Origin: Candidatus Thorarchaeota archaeon SMTZ1-45
GTDB taxonomy: Archaea; Asgardarchaeota; Thorarchaeia; Thorarchaeales; Thorarchaeaceae
Direction of reading: 5' to 3'
Assembly: GCA_001563335.1 (NCBI GenBank)
Contig: LRSL01000077.1
Location: 1-41,462, forward strand
DNA: 41,462 nucleotides
Each line of letters starts with the position of its first letter. Position 1 is the stretch's first letter. Under the pieces are notes generated by a model that saw nothing but the letters and a program-made list of their open reading frames with translations, was not told the origin of the DNA and made no database searches. The position numbers were made by a program, and so were the translations under genes. Of the stretch, positions 1 to 11,400 are shown piece by piece.

Positions 1-3000
1 GAACCACTCTCAGACTCAACATCATCAATGTATATACTATAGGTTGTAGGATAGTTACCTGAAGCCACCCATGTGATACTGATACCAGTATCGTCTTCTG
101 CGATGGTCATGTCGTCAGGACTATTGACAATAGGAGCGCGATTGAACGGTGGAAGCATATTTGTTGCCACAATCTCGCCAGCTATTGACATTCCAGGCAC
201 GGTCTGGTTCATTTCCACGAGCATGCCATTGCACTGAAGGATCTCAAATGTCATTGAGTAGTATTCAGTAACAATCCCAACTACATGCGTAGCATATCCA
301 TTCCAACTTCCACTCCCAACCACAGACATTATGGTGTTCCACTGCATGAAACACATTAAGTCGCCTATCGAGGCGGTCGGAACACAGCCCAGATCAATCG
401 ATGTTGCTACTGGTGCTGATTCAGGTGCTGATAGGCCTGGGAAGAACAAGAACTGCCCTTTATAGAGGTTCAGTCCAGGTGGCATCGCAGTACCACCTTC
501 TGAGATGTAACCATTTAGCACATTGAAGACAACCCACGTTTCAAATGCTTGTGATGGAAATCCTGCTTGAGTGACGTTCACATAGAATGTGGAGTTCACT
601 TCAAATGAACTCACCCATTCAAGGATTGTGAAATTGATCATCTCTAACAGATACCCTGGGGCATCGACCAGAAAGTTGGCATAGTCCCCTGGTGATGGAT
701 TAACAATGGGTACGACCCCATAGGACTCGACAGACACTGTTGCAACCGCACTTGCACCATTCGCCCAATCGCCAATGAGAGATATCACATTTGTGCCGTT
801 GGTGAAGACTGGTACAAACGAACCATTGACAAAAGTAGTGTCAGTCAACTTGTAAACTTCTGCTGCGTTAACAAAGACGGTGATATTTACAAGATTCTGC
901 ATGTCAGTAGCCGTGAAGTTGATGTATACGAGTCCGCCTCTCACAGACTGAGTAGGCACGGGTTCAGTTATGACCAGATTATAGACATCAAGAATCTTTG
1001 TTTCCACATTGTTGTACGTTACTACTTCGCCTACTACTGGCTCCACATAGGCTGTGACATTTATAGGACCAGGCGTTGTCACAACGTAGCTGACCTCAAA
1101 GGCTGTCCAATCTCCAGGATCAAGAGAGGCCACTACAGTTGAGTCCTCTAGCACTCCATCGACCCATAGTTCAAGACTGAACCCGGTTTCAGTATTGTTA
1201 CCTTGGTTCAGAACGTACGCAGTCAGATTTACTGTTTGACCAGATCCTAAAGCACCTGGAGCACCCAAGCCTGCCCGTAAATCGTGGTCTTCAACTCCCA
1301 CCCAGTTGGTGATTATGTTCTCAAACAGAATGGCATTGTCAGCTTGAGTGATAGCCCAGCTGAAGCTCTGGCTCAAACAGAGCACCTTCTCTAGACCCAG
1401 GTCCACAACAGCCCCTAACACATACTTTCCATCGCGTGTGCGTATCAGCTCAGTTGCTGGGAAAGTTGTAGTTAAGCCATTAGAAAACCAGTCGTAATAT
1501 AGCTCAGTGACACCAGTCATCAATGGATGTTCAGTGACAAAATCTGTTGTGTTGTCTTGGGCTGAGTCCCAAATCTCCTCAATTCCAATCCCTAAGTCAG
1601 ACATAACGGTGGCTAGACCTTCAGGAATTTCACCAACTTGCATGAGTACGAATTTACCACCTCCAGCAAGGTACGAATTGAGTATGTCAAGGTCCTCAGT
1701 GGGCCAGCTGCTTCCGTAAGCGCCTGCAAACACCGCGTCATATGAAGCCAAACGATTGTAGACTGAAAGATCGCCCTCGAATGCAAGACTGCCTGATATC
1801 TCATCTGCTACCCAACCTAAGTCTGTGTATAGACTCATAATCTCATAAGGTCGCATCTCATAGTGTGTTGTAACAAAGCCTATTGCTGTTATAGAACGGT
1901 TATAGAAGAATGTGACAGTGTCTGACGCAGAGTGGTCTAGAGCATCATAGGCAAAGACCGTTAGATTGTAATGATGCAAATTAGGGACAACTAGGTACAT
2001 CTCAAAGTCGTAGGTCGTTCTGTAAAGACTGCCGTTGATGTAGACCTCATAATATGCTATCCAGGAACTCATGTCGTATGCTGTCCAGTTGACCTTCGCC
2101 TCTAGGTTTGTCCCACCATCGAGAGGAAACTCTATTGATATGATTGGCGTATCTAGGTCCACCACAAGCGTCATACCGACAGTATAGTTGAATGAGTCTG
2201 TTTCCATGTAAACCTCTATGTACCGCATACCCGTCGCAAGTCCTGTCAGATCCAAATAATCCAAGGTCGTATTATCATAGAAAGTATAGTCCAAGAAGAT
2301 ATGGTACATGTCAATAGCCACATCTGAGTGTCCAATCCAAGTCAGCTGGTAGTCTGACGAATCGGTCATTTCTGGTGATGTGATGAATATCCATTTTTCA
2401 GGTGGCGTATAACGAAGTGTCACATCGTCAATGGGGAATGATGCAAAAGTGTGACTTACATAGTTGTCATAGATTGCTCCATGATTGAGACCCGTAGAAT
2501 AAGTCCAGTCATAGATGTTCTCAACCAAATCATAGTTGAAGTCAATAGTTCCATTCTCGTAGAGTATTGTCTGAAAAGTGCCAACTAGGTAAGAAGATTG
2601 ATCGTACACATTGTTATACTCGATGATAACGCAACTCGGTGAAGTCAACGAAAGGTTGTAGATTCCAGGATTACCATCCAGGAAAGAGATAGGTGTAGCA
2701 TAAGGCGCCACTGCATACCATGAGTCTTCACCAGAGGATCCCATCCACACCCATGGGTGAGATGGCTCTGTGTTGTAGAATGACATCCAACCATTTCTTG
2801 AAACATAGACTGTTGAGAAGCTTTCGCCATAGAACGGAAAACTGAATGGTAAATCAATGGCTACATATTCATCCATACTCAAATCGTTCCATGTTCCACC
2901 AGTAGCATCGATCCAATTGAAACTAATTTCTGTTTCAGTATAATCGAATGATCCTGTCGTTGGATCAATCTCACACTCGATGAACTGCTTACTCTGAGTC

Positions 3001-3188
3001 CGAGTGTCATCCACCTGTTTAGACAATGAGTCTCTCAGTTCTATATTATCCACTTGTCTTGCCTGTTGGTCAGGCAAAATCTGTGGAGATTCTCTGAAAT
3101 TCATGTGAACTATTGGAAGAGTGCACATGATATTTCCTAGCATGAAAATCAATGAAAATGATATTATACATAAAAAGAATCTCTTCAT
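1..3188 (-). CDS. Large secreted/surface multidomain protein, >1060 aa, 3' end beyond the window edge
   Basis: Absent from the ORF track because no stop occurs in the window. Read by hand from ATG 3188: signal-like MKRFFLCIISFSLIFMLG, nidogen(NIDO)-like LPFSFPFYGESFSTVYVSRNGWMSF (~2770-2860), CARDB-like DHDLRAGLGAP...VNLTAYVLNQGNNTETG...NNVETK (~1000-1290), Ig-like repeat VNSPDDMTIAEDDTGISITWVASG at the edge. GGAGGAGAGTGA upstream. Confidence 0.85.
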   Translation of the reverse strand, partial: MKRFFLCIISFSLIFMLGNIMCTLPIVHMNFRESPQILPDQQARQVDNIELRDSLSKQVDDTRTQSKQFIECEIDPTTGSFDYTETEISFNWIDATGGTWNDLSMDEYVAIDLPFSFPFYGESFSTVYVSRNGWMSFYNTEPSHPWVWMGSSGEDSWYAVAPYATPISFLDGNPGIYNLSLTSPSCVIIEYNNVYDQSSYLVGTFQTILYENGTIDFNYDLVENIYDWTYSTGLNHGAIYDNYVSHTFASFPIDDVTLRYTPPEKWIFITSPEMTDSSDYQLTWIGHSDVAIDMYHIFLDYTFYDNTTLDYLDLTGLATGMRYIEVYMETDSFNYTVGMTLVVDLDTPIISIEFPLDGGTNLEAKVNWTAYDMSSWIAYYEVYINGSLYRTTYDFEMYLVVPNLHHYNLTVFAYDALDHSASDTVTFFYNRSITAIGFVTTHYEMRPYEIMSLYTDLGWVADEISGSLAFEGDLSVYNRLASYDAVFAGAYGSSWPTEDLDILNSYLAGGGKFVLMQVGEIPEGLATVMSDLGIGIEEIWDSAQDNTTDFVTEHPLMTGVTELYYDWFSNGLTTTFPATELIRTRDGKYVLGAVVDLGLEKVLCLSQSFSWAITQADNAILFENIITNWVGVEDHDLRAGLGAPGALGSGQTVNLTAYVLNQGNNTETGFSLELWVDGVLEDSTVVASLDPGDWTAFEVSYVVTTPGPINVTAYVEPVVGEVVTYNNVETKILDVYNLVITEPVPTQSVRGGLVYINFTATDMQNLVNITVFVNAAEVYKLTDTTFVNGSFVPVFTNGTNVISLIGDWANGASAVATVSVESYGVVPIVNPSPGDYANFLVDAPGYLLEMINFTILEWVSSFEVNSTFYVNVTQAGFPSQAFETWVVFNVLNGYISEGGTAMPPGLNLYKGQFLFFPGLSAPESAPVATSIDLGCVPTASIGDLMCFMQWNTIMSVVGSGSWNGYATHVVGIVTEYYSMTFEILQCNGMLVEMNQTVPGMSIAGEIVATNMLPPFNRAPIVNSPDDMTIAEDDTGISITWVASGNYPTTYSIYIDDVESESG

Positions 3189-3812
3189 GATGAAGATCAC
3201 TCTCCTCCACTTCTCACACGCTTTGGAATTCTTTTTCCTAAAGTGCTTTTAATATAATAAGCTGAATTTTGTAATAAATCTAAGCAATTAATGAATGTAT
3301 TTTGGATTCTGAAAGTTTCTTAAAAATGAAGGAAATAATTTCCTCAGGGAACATGTGATGGTGATGGATGTACATTTGCAAAAGCTATCTATTATGCCAA
3401 AGTACCGTAATCCCTAGAAACTTCCATCCGGAGAAAAGTAAAAGCAGACATGCAAATGACTAATGCAAACACGTTCTGTGCTCCAAAATCTAAGGGCATT
3501 GTTACTAAATAGATGATGAATAGACCGGTGACAAAAGCTGCATAAAAGGTCATTCGAGGAATGGAACCATTTTCGAAGAAGAGATAATTTTCAAGAAAAC
3601 CTAAGTCTGTACAAGGATTGATAATATAATCACTAGCTGATGTCTTCAGATTCAGCTGGTCTCATATTAAAGCAGCCTACATAGAAAGGATGGCGTCATG
3701 AGGCAATAAAAACCAATGTAGGAATACGATGACAAAACAACTACTCAACCAAGATTACGAGCATCAAACCTCAAAAGTCCTTGATTAAATGATTCAATGA
3801 GGTAAGTAGTTA

Positions 3813-4298
3813 ATGTCAGAGTATCTGATTCAAGATAAACGGGTAGTCTGGAGATTCTTGTTGGTTCTCTTTATCGCAGCTTTGCTCTTACCACATACAT
3901 TAGAGATCTCAAGCCACAGTATTCCTGATGCTTCTTATACGCGGTATAGTGTAATCTCTGTGTTGTTGACTATATTTTATGAGTATGGCAGCACAATAGT
4001 CGGACCGTACAGTACATTATTCATTATGCCTCCCACCTCAGCAGCTTTGTTGAACGCGCTGACATTAGTCCTCAATATCTCAATCATCGTGAGTCAGTTT
4101 GGATTTGCCAAAGGGAGAGTTTCAAGGAGGAGAGTCCTGCAAATAATTGGAATAGTTTTGTGTGTTCATGTGGTTCTACTGCTTGGCGTTTTCTCGTATC
4201 AGGTGGACGGATGGGCAAGTGTGTTGGCAATTCCTCTGCCTATCTTTCCCATAATTAGTACTCTAGCAATGCTTCGGGGTAAAACTCCAAATCCATGA
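3813..4298 (+). CDS. Hypothetical multi-pass membrane protein
   Basis: 161-aa ORF with about 4 hydrophobic segments; GAGGTAA just upstream of the ATG. Confidence 0.7.
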   Translation: MSEYLIQDKRVVWRFLLVLFIAALLLPHTLEISSHSIPDASYTRYSVISVLLTIFYEYGSTIVGPYSTLFIMPPTSAALLNALTLVLNISIIVSQFGFAKGRVSRRRVLQIIGIVLCVHVVLLLGVFSYQVDGWASVLAIPLPIFPIISTLAMLRGKTPNP

Positions 4299-4586
4299 TT
4301 CCATTAGCTGTACCAGTGTTTTGATGATGCTAGTTTAAGTAAAAAGAATGATGAAAGATAGAGATATTCCTTCTATCTCTCAGTCCAGAATTTCTTTACA
4401 GCCTTGATGATCTAATGGGGAATTGTGAAGATATAACCAACAATACAGGAGTGTGCAACTTCACTGATCAGAGTCTCTCAAAATTTCATTCCAATCTTTA
4501 GTTTATTGAATAAGTCTAGAAATGTTGCTTCGAAGATTATTCTTTTATTAAAACAACGTTTGAAAAACTGCATGGATTAAGATTGG

Positions 4587-5267
4587 GTGAACACCGTGCA
4601 AGATGAAGAAGAGATTTCTCTGAGAGACCTTGTATACTTCCCACTCTTCTTCAACATGGTTGCTTTAGTTGCAACGGGACTATCCTTTGTGTTTCTGCCA
4701 GAACTGATGCTTGACTATGGGCAGATGATGTTCATGATATATCTGTCAGTGTTCCTCGCTGAGCTCCTGCTCGCTTATTTTCTCACTCGTCGACTTAGAA
4801 ATACGGACATGTCAATAAGGAGCCTAATCACCCCAAAAAGAAGACTGAGATGGCTTCCTGCCACCACAGTGTTCATTGCGCTCAATGCACTGTTCATTGT
4901 ATATATTGGAGTTGCCCTTTGGACTGGATATGTCACTTCTTTCACAGGGCTAAGCTCACTTCAAGTAATCTTCTTCATTGTGCTTGCACCTCTTGCAGCG
5001 GGATTTGTTGAAGAGCTTGCGTTTAGAGGGTACCTGATAGAGATTATGCTGAAGAAAGGACTCACGGAAAACAGACTAGTCGTGTACTCTGCTGTTTCTT
5101 TTGCTCTCATTCATGGTTTCTTCATAATTGACAAGCTGATCATGACCTTCGTGTTTGGACTAATTGCAGGCTTCTACTACGTTAGGGAGCGAAACTTACC
5201 TGTGTTAATAGTTTCGCACGTCGTAGTCGATGTGGTGACATTTGGTATGTCGGTCTACGGTTTCTGA
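4587..5267 (+). CDS. CPBP (Abi / CAAX-protease-like) intramembrane glutamic metalloprotease
   Basis: Motifs EELAFRG, SFALIH and VSHVVVD in a multi-TM protein. Confidence 0.9.
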   Translation: MNTVQDEEEISLRDLVYFPLFFNMVALVATGLSFVFLPELMLDYGQMMFMIYLSVFLAELLLAYFLTRRLRNTDMSIRSLITPKRRLRWLPATTVFIALNALFIVYIGVALWTGYVTSFTGLSSLQVIFFIVLAPLAAGFVEELAFRGYLIEIMLKKGLTENRLVVYSAVSFALIHGFFIIDKLIMTFVFGLIAGFYYVRERNLPVLIVSHVVVDVVTFGMSVYGF

Positions 5268-5349
5268 CAATTGCATAGTCAAAATGCAGAACAGACTGTC
5301 GGTCAAATGAGAAGAGTTATAGCGTCCAAATCATGTTCGCATTTCTTGA

Positions 5350-5508
5350 CTATCTCTCAGCTTGGATTTTCTTGACTTCCTCAATGACTTCAGGTAGGAC
5401 TGTGAAGATATCACCTACAATTCCGAAGTCTGCTACGCTGAATATAGGTGCATCATGGTCCTTGTTGATTGCTATCACCAGATCTGAGGAACTCATTCCT
5501 GCCAGGTG
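5350..5508 (-). pseudogene. etfA: Orphan 3' fragment of a second etfA paralogue
   Basis: Hand translation [52 protein letters not shown] aligns ungapped to the last 52 aa of the intact EtfA (37/52 identical by hand count). In-frame TGA at 5521-5523 upstream; no N-terminal part. Confidence 0.9.
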
Positions 5509-5577
5509 TGACTGTTTTAGTCAATTATTCTTATTGTCATCAAATCTCTTACTTCAACAATCAAGAAACCTATAATC

Positions 5578-5633
5578 ACAATTGAGAGGATTATAGCCAC
5601 TAGCAGAGGTTGATTGCCATAACTCTCAATTGT
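5578..5633. repeat. Inverted repeat / potential hairpin
   Basis: ACAATTGAGAG (5578-5588) and CTCTCAATTGT (5623-5633) are perfect reverse complements; the pairing extends inward imperfectly (TTATAGC / GCCATAA). Confidence 0.6.
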
Positions 5634-5741
5634 ACGATAGAAGCTAAAAGCTAAAATTGTAGTAGGATGGCGATGCTTGCAATTATCCACGTAAGGACTC
5701 CTACTCTCTCTTCTTCTTCTAAATCAGTATTTCCAGTTTGC

Positions 5742-6155
5742 CTATCTGTTTTTTTTTAATGTGGTGTATACAAAGAGAGGAATTGGCATCACTATGTAAG
5801 TAATGCCCAAAAACATCCAAATCACCCAAACCCCTTGGTAGAGGAATACCAAAAAGATGAATGACTCGATCGTGTTAAGTTCGCAAAATACCTGTGGACA
5901 ACCATCACCTTGAGATGGTTTGAACGGAAAAGGAAAGAGGCTATAACCAGGCGTAGGAAAATAAAACTCAAACCGTCGATTCCGTTGATCCCAATGCACA
6001 ATACTCCCAACATCCACTATGATAGACAAATAGAGAAGTAATAAAAGAACTACAAAGCGTCTAACAAGAAGTGCTCTGTGCGTAAAGACCCAACTTCGAA
6101 TATGAGGGAGTATTCCCGTAAGATTCTCCTCTGAAATGGACTTGGGCAAATCCAA
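5742..6155 (-). CDS. Hypothetical two-TM membrane protein
   Basis: 137-aa ORF, TTG start, two hydrophobic stretches, basic C-terminus; no recognised family. Confidence 0.55.
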   Translation of the reverse strand: MDLPKSISEENLTGILPHIRSWVFTHRALLVRRFVVLLLLLYLSIIVDVGSIVHWDQRNRRFEFYFPTPGYSLFPFPFKPSQGDGCPQVFCELNTIESFIFLVFLYQGVWVIWMFLGITYIVMPIPLFVYTTLKKNR

Positions 6156-6249
6156 TCCCCCAAGTTGTATTGACCATCTTCAAATTAAACTGTATTCATT
6201 TGTTTTATCAAAGATCCTATCATGGTCTTGGAAATGAAGAGAGAAATAC

Positions 6250-6270
6250 CCTCACTCAACAAGAGTGAGG
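6250..6270 (-). terminator. Hairpin downstream of etfA
   Basis: CCTCACTC-N5-GAGTGAGG perfect 8-bp stem 14 nt after the etfA stop, followed on the minus strand by a pyrimidine-rich tract. Confidence 0.55.
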
Positions 6271-6284
6271 TCTTAAATTAGGAA

Positions 6285-7484
6285 TTATCTCTTGGCTTGT
6301 AGTTCCTTTATAGCTTCAATGATTTCAGGAACTACTGTGAAAATATCTCCCACTATGCCAAAGTCAGCGATACTAAAAATTGGCGCGTCTGGGTCTTTGT
6401 TGATAGCTACGATGACGTCACTGCTTTGCATTCCTATTTGATGTTGAATAGCTCCAGAGATTCCGAGAGCAATGTAGAGCTTTGGACAGACTGTCCTTCC
6501 TGACTGACCGACCTGTTGTGATGGTGGAAGCCATCCTAGGTCAACAATGGGACGAGAACCACCAATTGCTGCATCAAGGAGTTCTGCGAGCTGTTTTGGA
6601 AGCTCGAGGTTTGATGGGTCCTTGATTCCGCGGCCACTGCAGACGATAACATCTGCCTCCTCCACTGATTTCATACCCTCAACAGCCTCACTCACCGACT
6701 CCAACACCCGAGTCCGCACCTGCACTGGATTGATTGTCATTGGGACTCGTTCAATCTCACCATTCCTTGATGTGTCAGGTTCCAGAGGCTTGAACACATT
6801 TGGTCGAACAGTAGCCATCTGAGGCCTTGTGTATGGGGAGAGAATCTCAGCCATGATGTTTCCACCAAAGGCGGGTCTTGTCTGTACAAGCTGACGCTCC
6901 TCATCGATATCGAGTCCAGTGCAGTCAGCAGTAAGCCCAAGTGCCATCCTAGCTGCGACACGTGGAGCTAAGTCTCGCCCATTGTTGGTCGCACCAAACA
7001 GCACAATTCCAGGTTTTCTGGGAGCTATCAGCGTGTTCATAGCAATGGTATATGCATCAGTTGTATAATGGTCGAAGACCTTCTCATCAACAACAAGAAC
7101 CTTGTCAGCTCCATGATGTATCAGCTTCTGAGCATGAGCTTCAATCTCATGACCAATCAGGATTGCAACCAGCTCCTCTCCTAGCTTGTCAGCTAACTCA
7201 CGACCTTTTGCTATGAGTTCTAGTCCGACATTACGAAGACGACCATCACTGGTTTCACAGAAGACCCAGACGTTCTTGTATTGTGCAATAGCCTCTCTGT
7301 CAATAGCTTTCCTCTCAATTTTAATAGCATCGACAGGACATACCTCTTCACAGGACCCACACAGGACACATTTGTCCATGTCAAACTTGACCTTGTCACC
7401 ATCTTTTTCGATTGCATCAAAGTTGCAGACCTTTGGACAGAGCATACATCCATTGCATGTGTCCCTATCGTAATGCAAAGTCAT
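6285..7484 (-). CDS. etfA: Electron transfer flavoprotein alpha subunit with N-terminal 2x[4Fe-4S] ferredoxin domain (CarE/LctC-like architecture)
   Basis: CNGCMLCPKVC and CVLCGSCEEVCP; GLTADCT, RPAFGGN, PQMATVRP, QVGQSG, GISGAIQH, AINKDPDAPIF. Start moved to ATG 7484, 1 nt after the etfB stop. Confidence 0.95.
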   Translation of the reverse strand: MTLHYDRDTCNGCMLCPKVCNFDAIEKDGDKVKFDMDKCVLCGSCEEVCPVDAIKIERKAIDREAIAQYKNVWVFCETSDGRLRNVGLELIAKGRELADKLGEELVAILIGHEIEAHAQKLIHHGADKVLVVDEKVFDHYTTDAYTIAMNTLIAPRKPGIVLFGATNNGRDLAPRVAARMALGLTADCTGLDIDEERQLVQTRPAFGGNIMAEILSPYTRPQMATVRPNVFKPLEPDTSRNGEIERVPMTINPVQVRTRVLESVSEAVEGMKSVEEADVIVCSGRGIKDPSNLELPKQLAELLDAAIGGSRPIVDLGWLPPSQQVGQSGRTVCPKLYIALGISGAIQHQIGMQSSDVIVAINKDPDAPIFSIADFGIVGDIFTVVPEIIEAIKELQAKR

Positions 7485-7485
7485 C

Positions 7486-8280
7486 TTAGAGTGCCCCCTT
7501 CTTTGCCAAGAACTCAACGAGCTCTTTCGCCGCTGCTTTCGGGTCTTCAGCCTCTATCTTGATTCCACCTTTCTTCTTTTCAGGTGGGAACACCTTTCTC
7601 ACCTGAGTAGGCGATCCCTTCAGACCAAGCTTGTCAACATCATACCCCAGTGTTTCAGCATTGACTTCCTCAAAGGGTTTCTTCTTTGCCTGCATGATGC
7701 CCATGATATTGGGAAGACGTGGTTCGTTCAGCCCTTTGGTGGCTGTGAGAAGTACTGGCATCTTTGCTCGTACTATGTCATATCCCTCATCTGTTTCTCT
7801 ATGGGCGATGACGAATTTTCCATCCTCACTCAGCTCAAGATGACGAACATAGCATATCTGGGGCACACCCAACAACTCAGCGATCTCAGGACCTACCTGA
7901 GCTGTATCGCCATCAATTGCCTGCTTTCCACAGATGACAAGATCAAACTCCATCTTTTTAATCTGCTCTGCAAGAGTGAGTGCTGTGACCCATGTATCAG
8001 CACCTGCAAAAGCACGATCTGTCATATGGATAGCCTTGTCACCCCCCATGGCAAGGGCCTTGAGTAGTGCTTCTTTTGCTTGTGGTGGGCCCATTGTGAT
8101 TATGGTCACCTCACCGCCATACTTCTCACGTAGTTTTATTGCCTCTTCAACTGCATATTCATCGAACGGATTCAGAATACTTGGTACTCCTTCTCTAATG
8201 AGCGTACCAGTTTCCTCATTTACCTTAACGTCAGCAATCTCGGGTACTTGCTTTACAGGAACGACTATCTTCAAAGCCAG
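7486..8280 (-). CDS. etfB: Electron transfer flavoprotein beta subunit
   Basis: VKQVP, NPFDEYAVEEA, GADTWVTA, GKQAIDGDTAQVGP, NEPRLP. Start uncertain: CTG 8280 (5 nt after GGAAGTGA), TTG 8274 or TTG 8295. Confidence 0.95.
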   Translation of the reverse strand: MALKIVVPVKQVPEIADVKVNEETGTLIREGVPSILNPFDEYAVEEAIKLREKYGGEVTIITMGPPQAKEALLKALAMGGDKAIHMTDRAFAGADTWVTALTLAEQIKKMEFDLVICGKQAIDGDTAQVGPEIAELLGVPQICYVRHLELSEDGKFVIAHRETDEGYDIVRAKMPVLLTATKGLNEPRLPNIMGIMQAKKKPFEEVNAETLGYDVDKLGLKGSPTQVRKVFPPEKKKGGIKIEAEDPKAAAKELVEFLAKKGAL

Positions 8281-8486
8281 TATTTTCACTTCCAATGGTC
8301 TTTTGTGGGTCAGTTTCGAGGAGGTCCCCGATATAAGGAATACGCACTGGATATAGAATAGTGAAGAGTGTCCTCATTGATTCTTGGTGCTCTCACAACT
8401 CATAAGGACAGGAATATTCAAATGAAAGCACCTTCACTATCATGAATTCGAATTGAAAGCAACACTAGAATAGGAGTTGGTAGGAG

Positions 8487-11400
8487 ATGGCTCTTTGTTC
8501 ACTCTCATATTCTAAAGGGGTAATTATAGTAATTCTGATAGTTCTACTAGTTGGTTCTAGCAGAGATGATCAGCATTTTCAGCTCAACACGCCATCAATC
8601 GCTAAGCACTATTCCATAAGTGACTATGCAACAAGAAGCCCTATCAATGTCACAGGGGATGCGGCTTTGGATTCACTTGGTTTGCCAGGTAGTGGTAATC
8701 AGAGTCAACCATACTTGATTCAAGGTTTTAACTTCACTGACTATCCTGAGGATTCTGCTATTGCTCTGTATGACACGACACGATATGTGACCATAAGGGA
8801 CTGCCACTTTGGAGGATCATTTAAAGTATCTATTACACTCTCAGCGGCTCATAATGTGCTCGTCTTCAATAATTCATTTCAAGCACATTGGCGATCCATT
8901 TATTCTGTGGGTTGCTCAAATCTAGGAGTGATCAACAATACGTTTTCCTATCCTGTCGCTTTGTACTCGAGTCCTGGTTGCCTTTTCACTAACAACATTC
9001 TCAATCCTGTAAGAGTGTATGAAGGCCATTATATCAAAGATGCAACAAACTCTATCATTGTCAACAATACCTGTGTATCAGGTGGTATATATGTTGAAAC
9101 CGGCACAAATGTAACATTCTCTAACAATACTGTTGGAGGGAAACCAATAGGCCATTTTGAGGGGCTTCAGGACAATATAATCAACGGAGCAGATTATGGA
9201 CAAATTGGAATTAATCAGTGTAGAAATGTGACAGTTAAAGGTGGGACCTTCAACAATAATGACGTAGCTATCTGGGTTGTTGATAGTACAAACTGTACAG
9301 TCCAGGATGTTAATACCTATAACTGCTGGAGTTCTGTAGGATTCAGTCGATGCAACCAGTCATTTGTATTCAATGCGACAGGTGGTTTTCTGTCATCGAT
9401 TTATGGAGTTTCGATTTCCGACTCCCAAAATATCATTGCAAGGGATTGTGAATTCACAGCATGTGGTTACTATGGAGTATCAACATGGAATTCAGAAAGA
9501 GTGACAATTATTGATAATATGTTACAGAATGGAGGATGGGGCATTTATGTGTATGAGTCATCTCAATTAGAGGTGGCCAACAACCAAATAATTTCAAACA
9601 ATATGGGACTTGAGGTGTCTATAAGTCAAGACATTCAAGTGATTGGAAATGCTATTCTTGATTCTCAAGAGTATGGGATCTTACTAAATCAAATCACAAC
9701 CGACTCAGTTCGTCTGTCTAACAATAATGTGACTGGAGGAACAATTGGAATCGAGGTCGAGAACTCAAGTGATGGCCCACTCATTGAGAACAACACAATC
9801 AACAGTGGACAAAATTATGGTATCAATCTCGAGCTGTCAACCAACGTCACAGTTCGGTTAAATAATTTTTCAAATTGTGGACTTGGCATAAATGGCTTGA
9901 TGTATACATCCCAGTTTGTTCACGGCGATATTCAACTATGGAAACATCAGATTAATGGAAACACCGTGAACACCCACCCACTTGTTTATCTGAGGGAGGC
10001 TAGTGATCAAGCAGTGGACCCATCTGCTGGACAAGTCTGGCTCATAGACTGCGACACAATAAGTGTTCTTAGTCTGAACGTTTCGAATTCAGGAGTCGGT
10101 TGTGGAATAGCACACAGCAGTAATATCCATGTGTCTGGACTCATATCCGACTTCAACATATGGGGTATATTTCTTACCTCTACTTATTCCTGCACTGTAG
10201 AGTTCAGTAGATGTAGCTTCAATGTAGAAGGCATCTATGGGCAGGTTTCAACAAATCTTCGTATTCATAATAATACATGCAAGTACAATGATGAGAATAT
10301 GGTCGTCTTGGGGGGTCCTGGGCTCACTGTGACATCGAATGAATGTGGTCACAACACGGGTGTGGGAGTTCTAGGGAGTTACGGATCCATTGGAATACAG
10401 GGTTGCAGCCACGCAGATATTTCTAACAACACATGTTATGATGCTTGGAGTGGGATATATGTTTCAGGGTTTAATCAGGAAAATGTGAGTATTTCTGGAA
10501 ATAACTGCTATCAGACAGGTGCAGGCATATGGACATCCTCACTATCAAACAGCTCTGTTGTGGATAACTTCTGTCATGATAGTGGGGAGGGTGTTGGCGT
10601 TTGGCTCTGTTACAACATCACACTTCTATCAAATGTCTTCTCGGAAATAGTTGACACAAATGTCCATGTGTATCATGGATCAGACAATACACTTGACAGT
10701 AACCACTTTGGAGGATGTACTTATGCTACAGTATTCTTTGAAGCTTCACCTGATGGTGCTATAAGAAACAATAACCTTACTGGTGATGCGCCAATCGGTA
10801 TCCAACTCAAGGACTCTCCACGCGCTTCAATCTACAACAACACCGTGGACATTGTAGGGTCTTTAGGGTCAGTAAGTGTCCTTCTTAATGACTCATCAGA
10901 TTGTATTTTACAAGAGAATTTGATATCAGGTGCAATTAATTTCGGGATTCATTCTTTCAACTCAACTAATACAATATGCAGAAACAACACGATAATGAAC
11001 TGTGCGAATGATGGAATTTGGTTCGACTCCTCAGTGGATGGTCAGGCAGACTCTAACTGGATAAGTGATTGCCTTGTTGGGATTCACGATTCATTCTGCA
11101 ATACCTCTATTCATATTACAAACCAGATTAACAATTGCTCTAAGGGTATCTTTCTCCAAGAGTCGCGACAATCACACACAGAGTATAATATCCTGTTTGA
11201 CAACATTGTTGGCATCGAGATCGAATATTCCTACAACATTATCTTGTCCCACAACAATATCAGTTATTCCCAGTCCAATGGCTTTACTCTCAATAATGTG
11301 GATACATGTGCTATGACTGATAATCTCATTCACAACAGTATAGATACTGGCCTTGCTATTTACCAGTCTCAATATGTTACCGTTACAAACGGTACATTCT

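Noticed and set aside
5333-5575. 80-aa plus-strand ORF in the track
   Set aside because: It is the antisense shadow of the etfA remnant on the minus strand.
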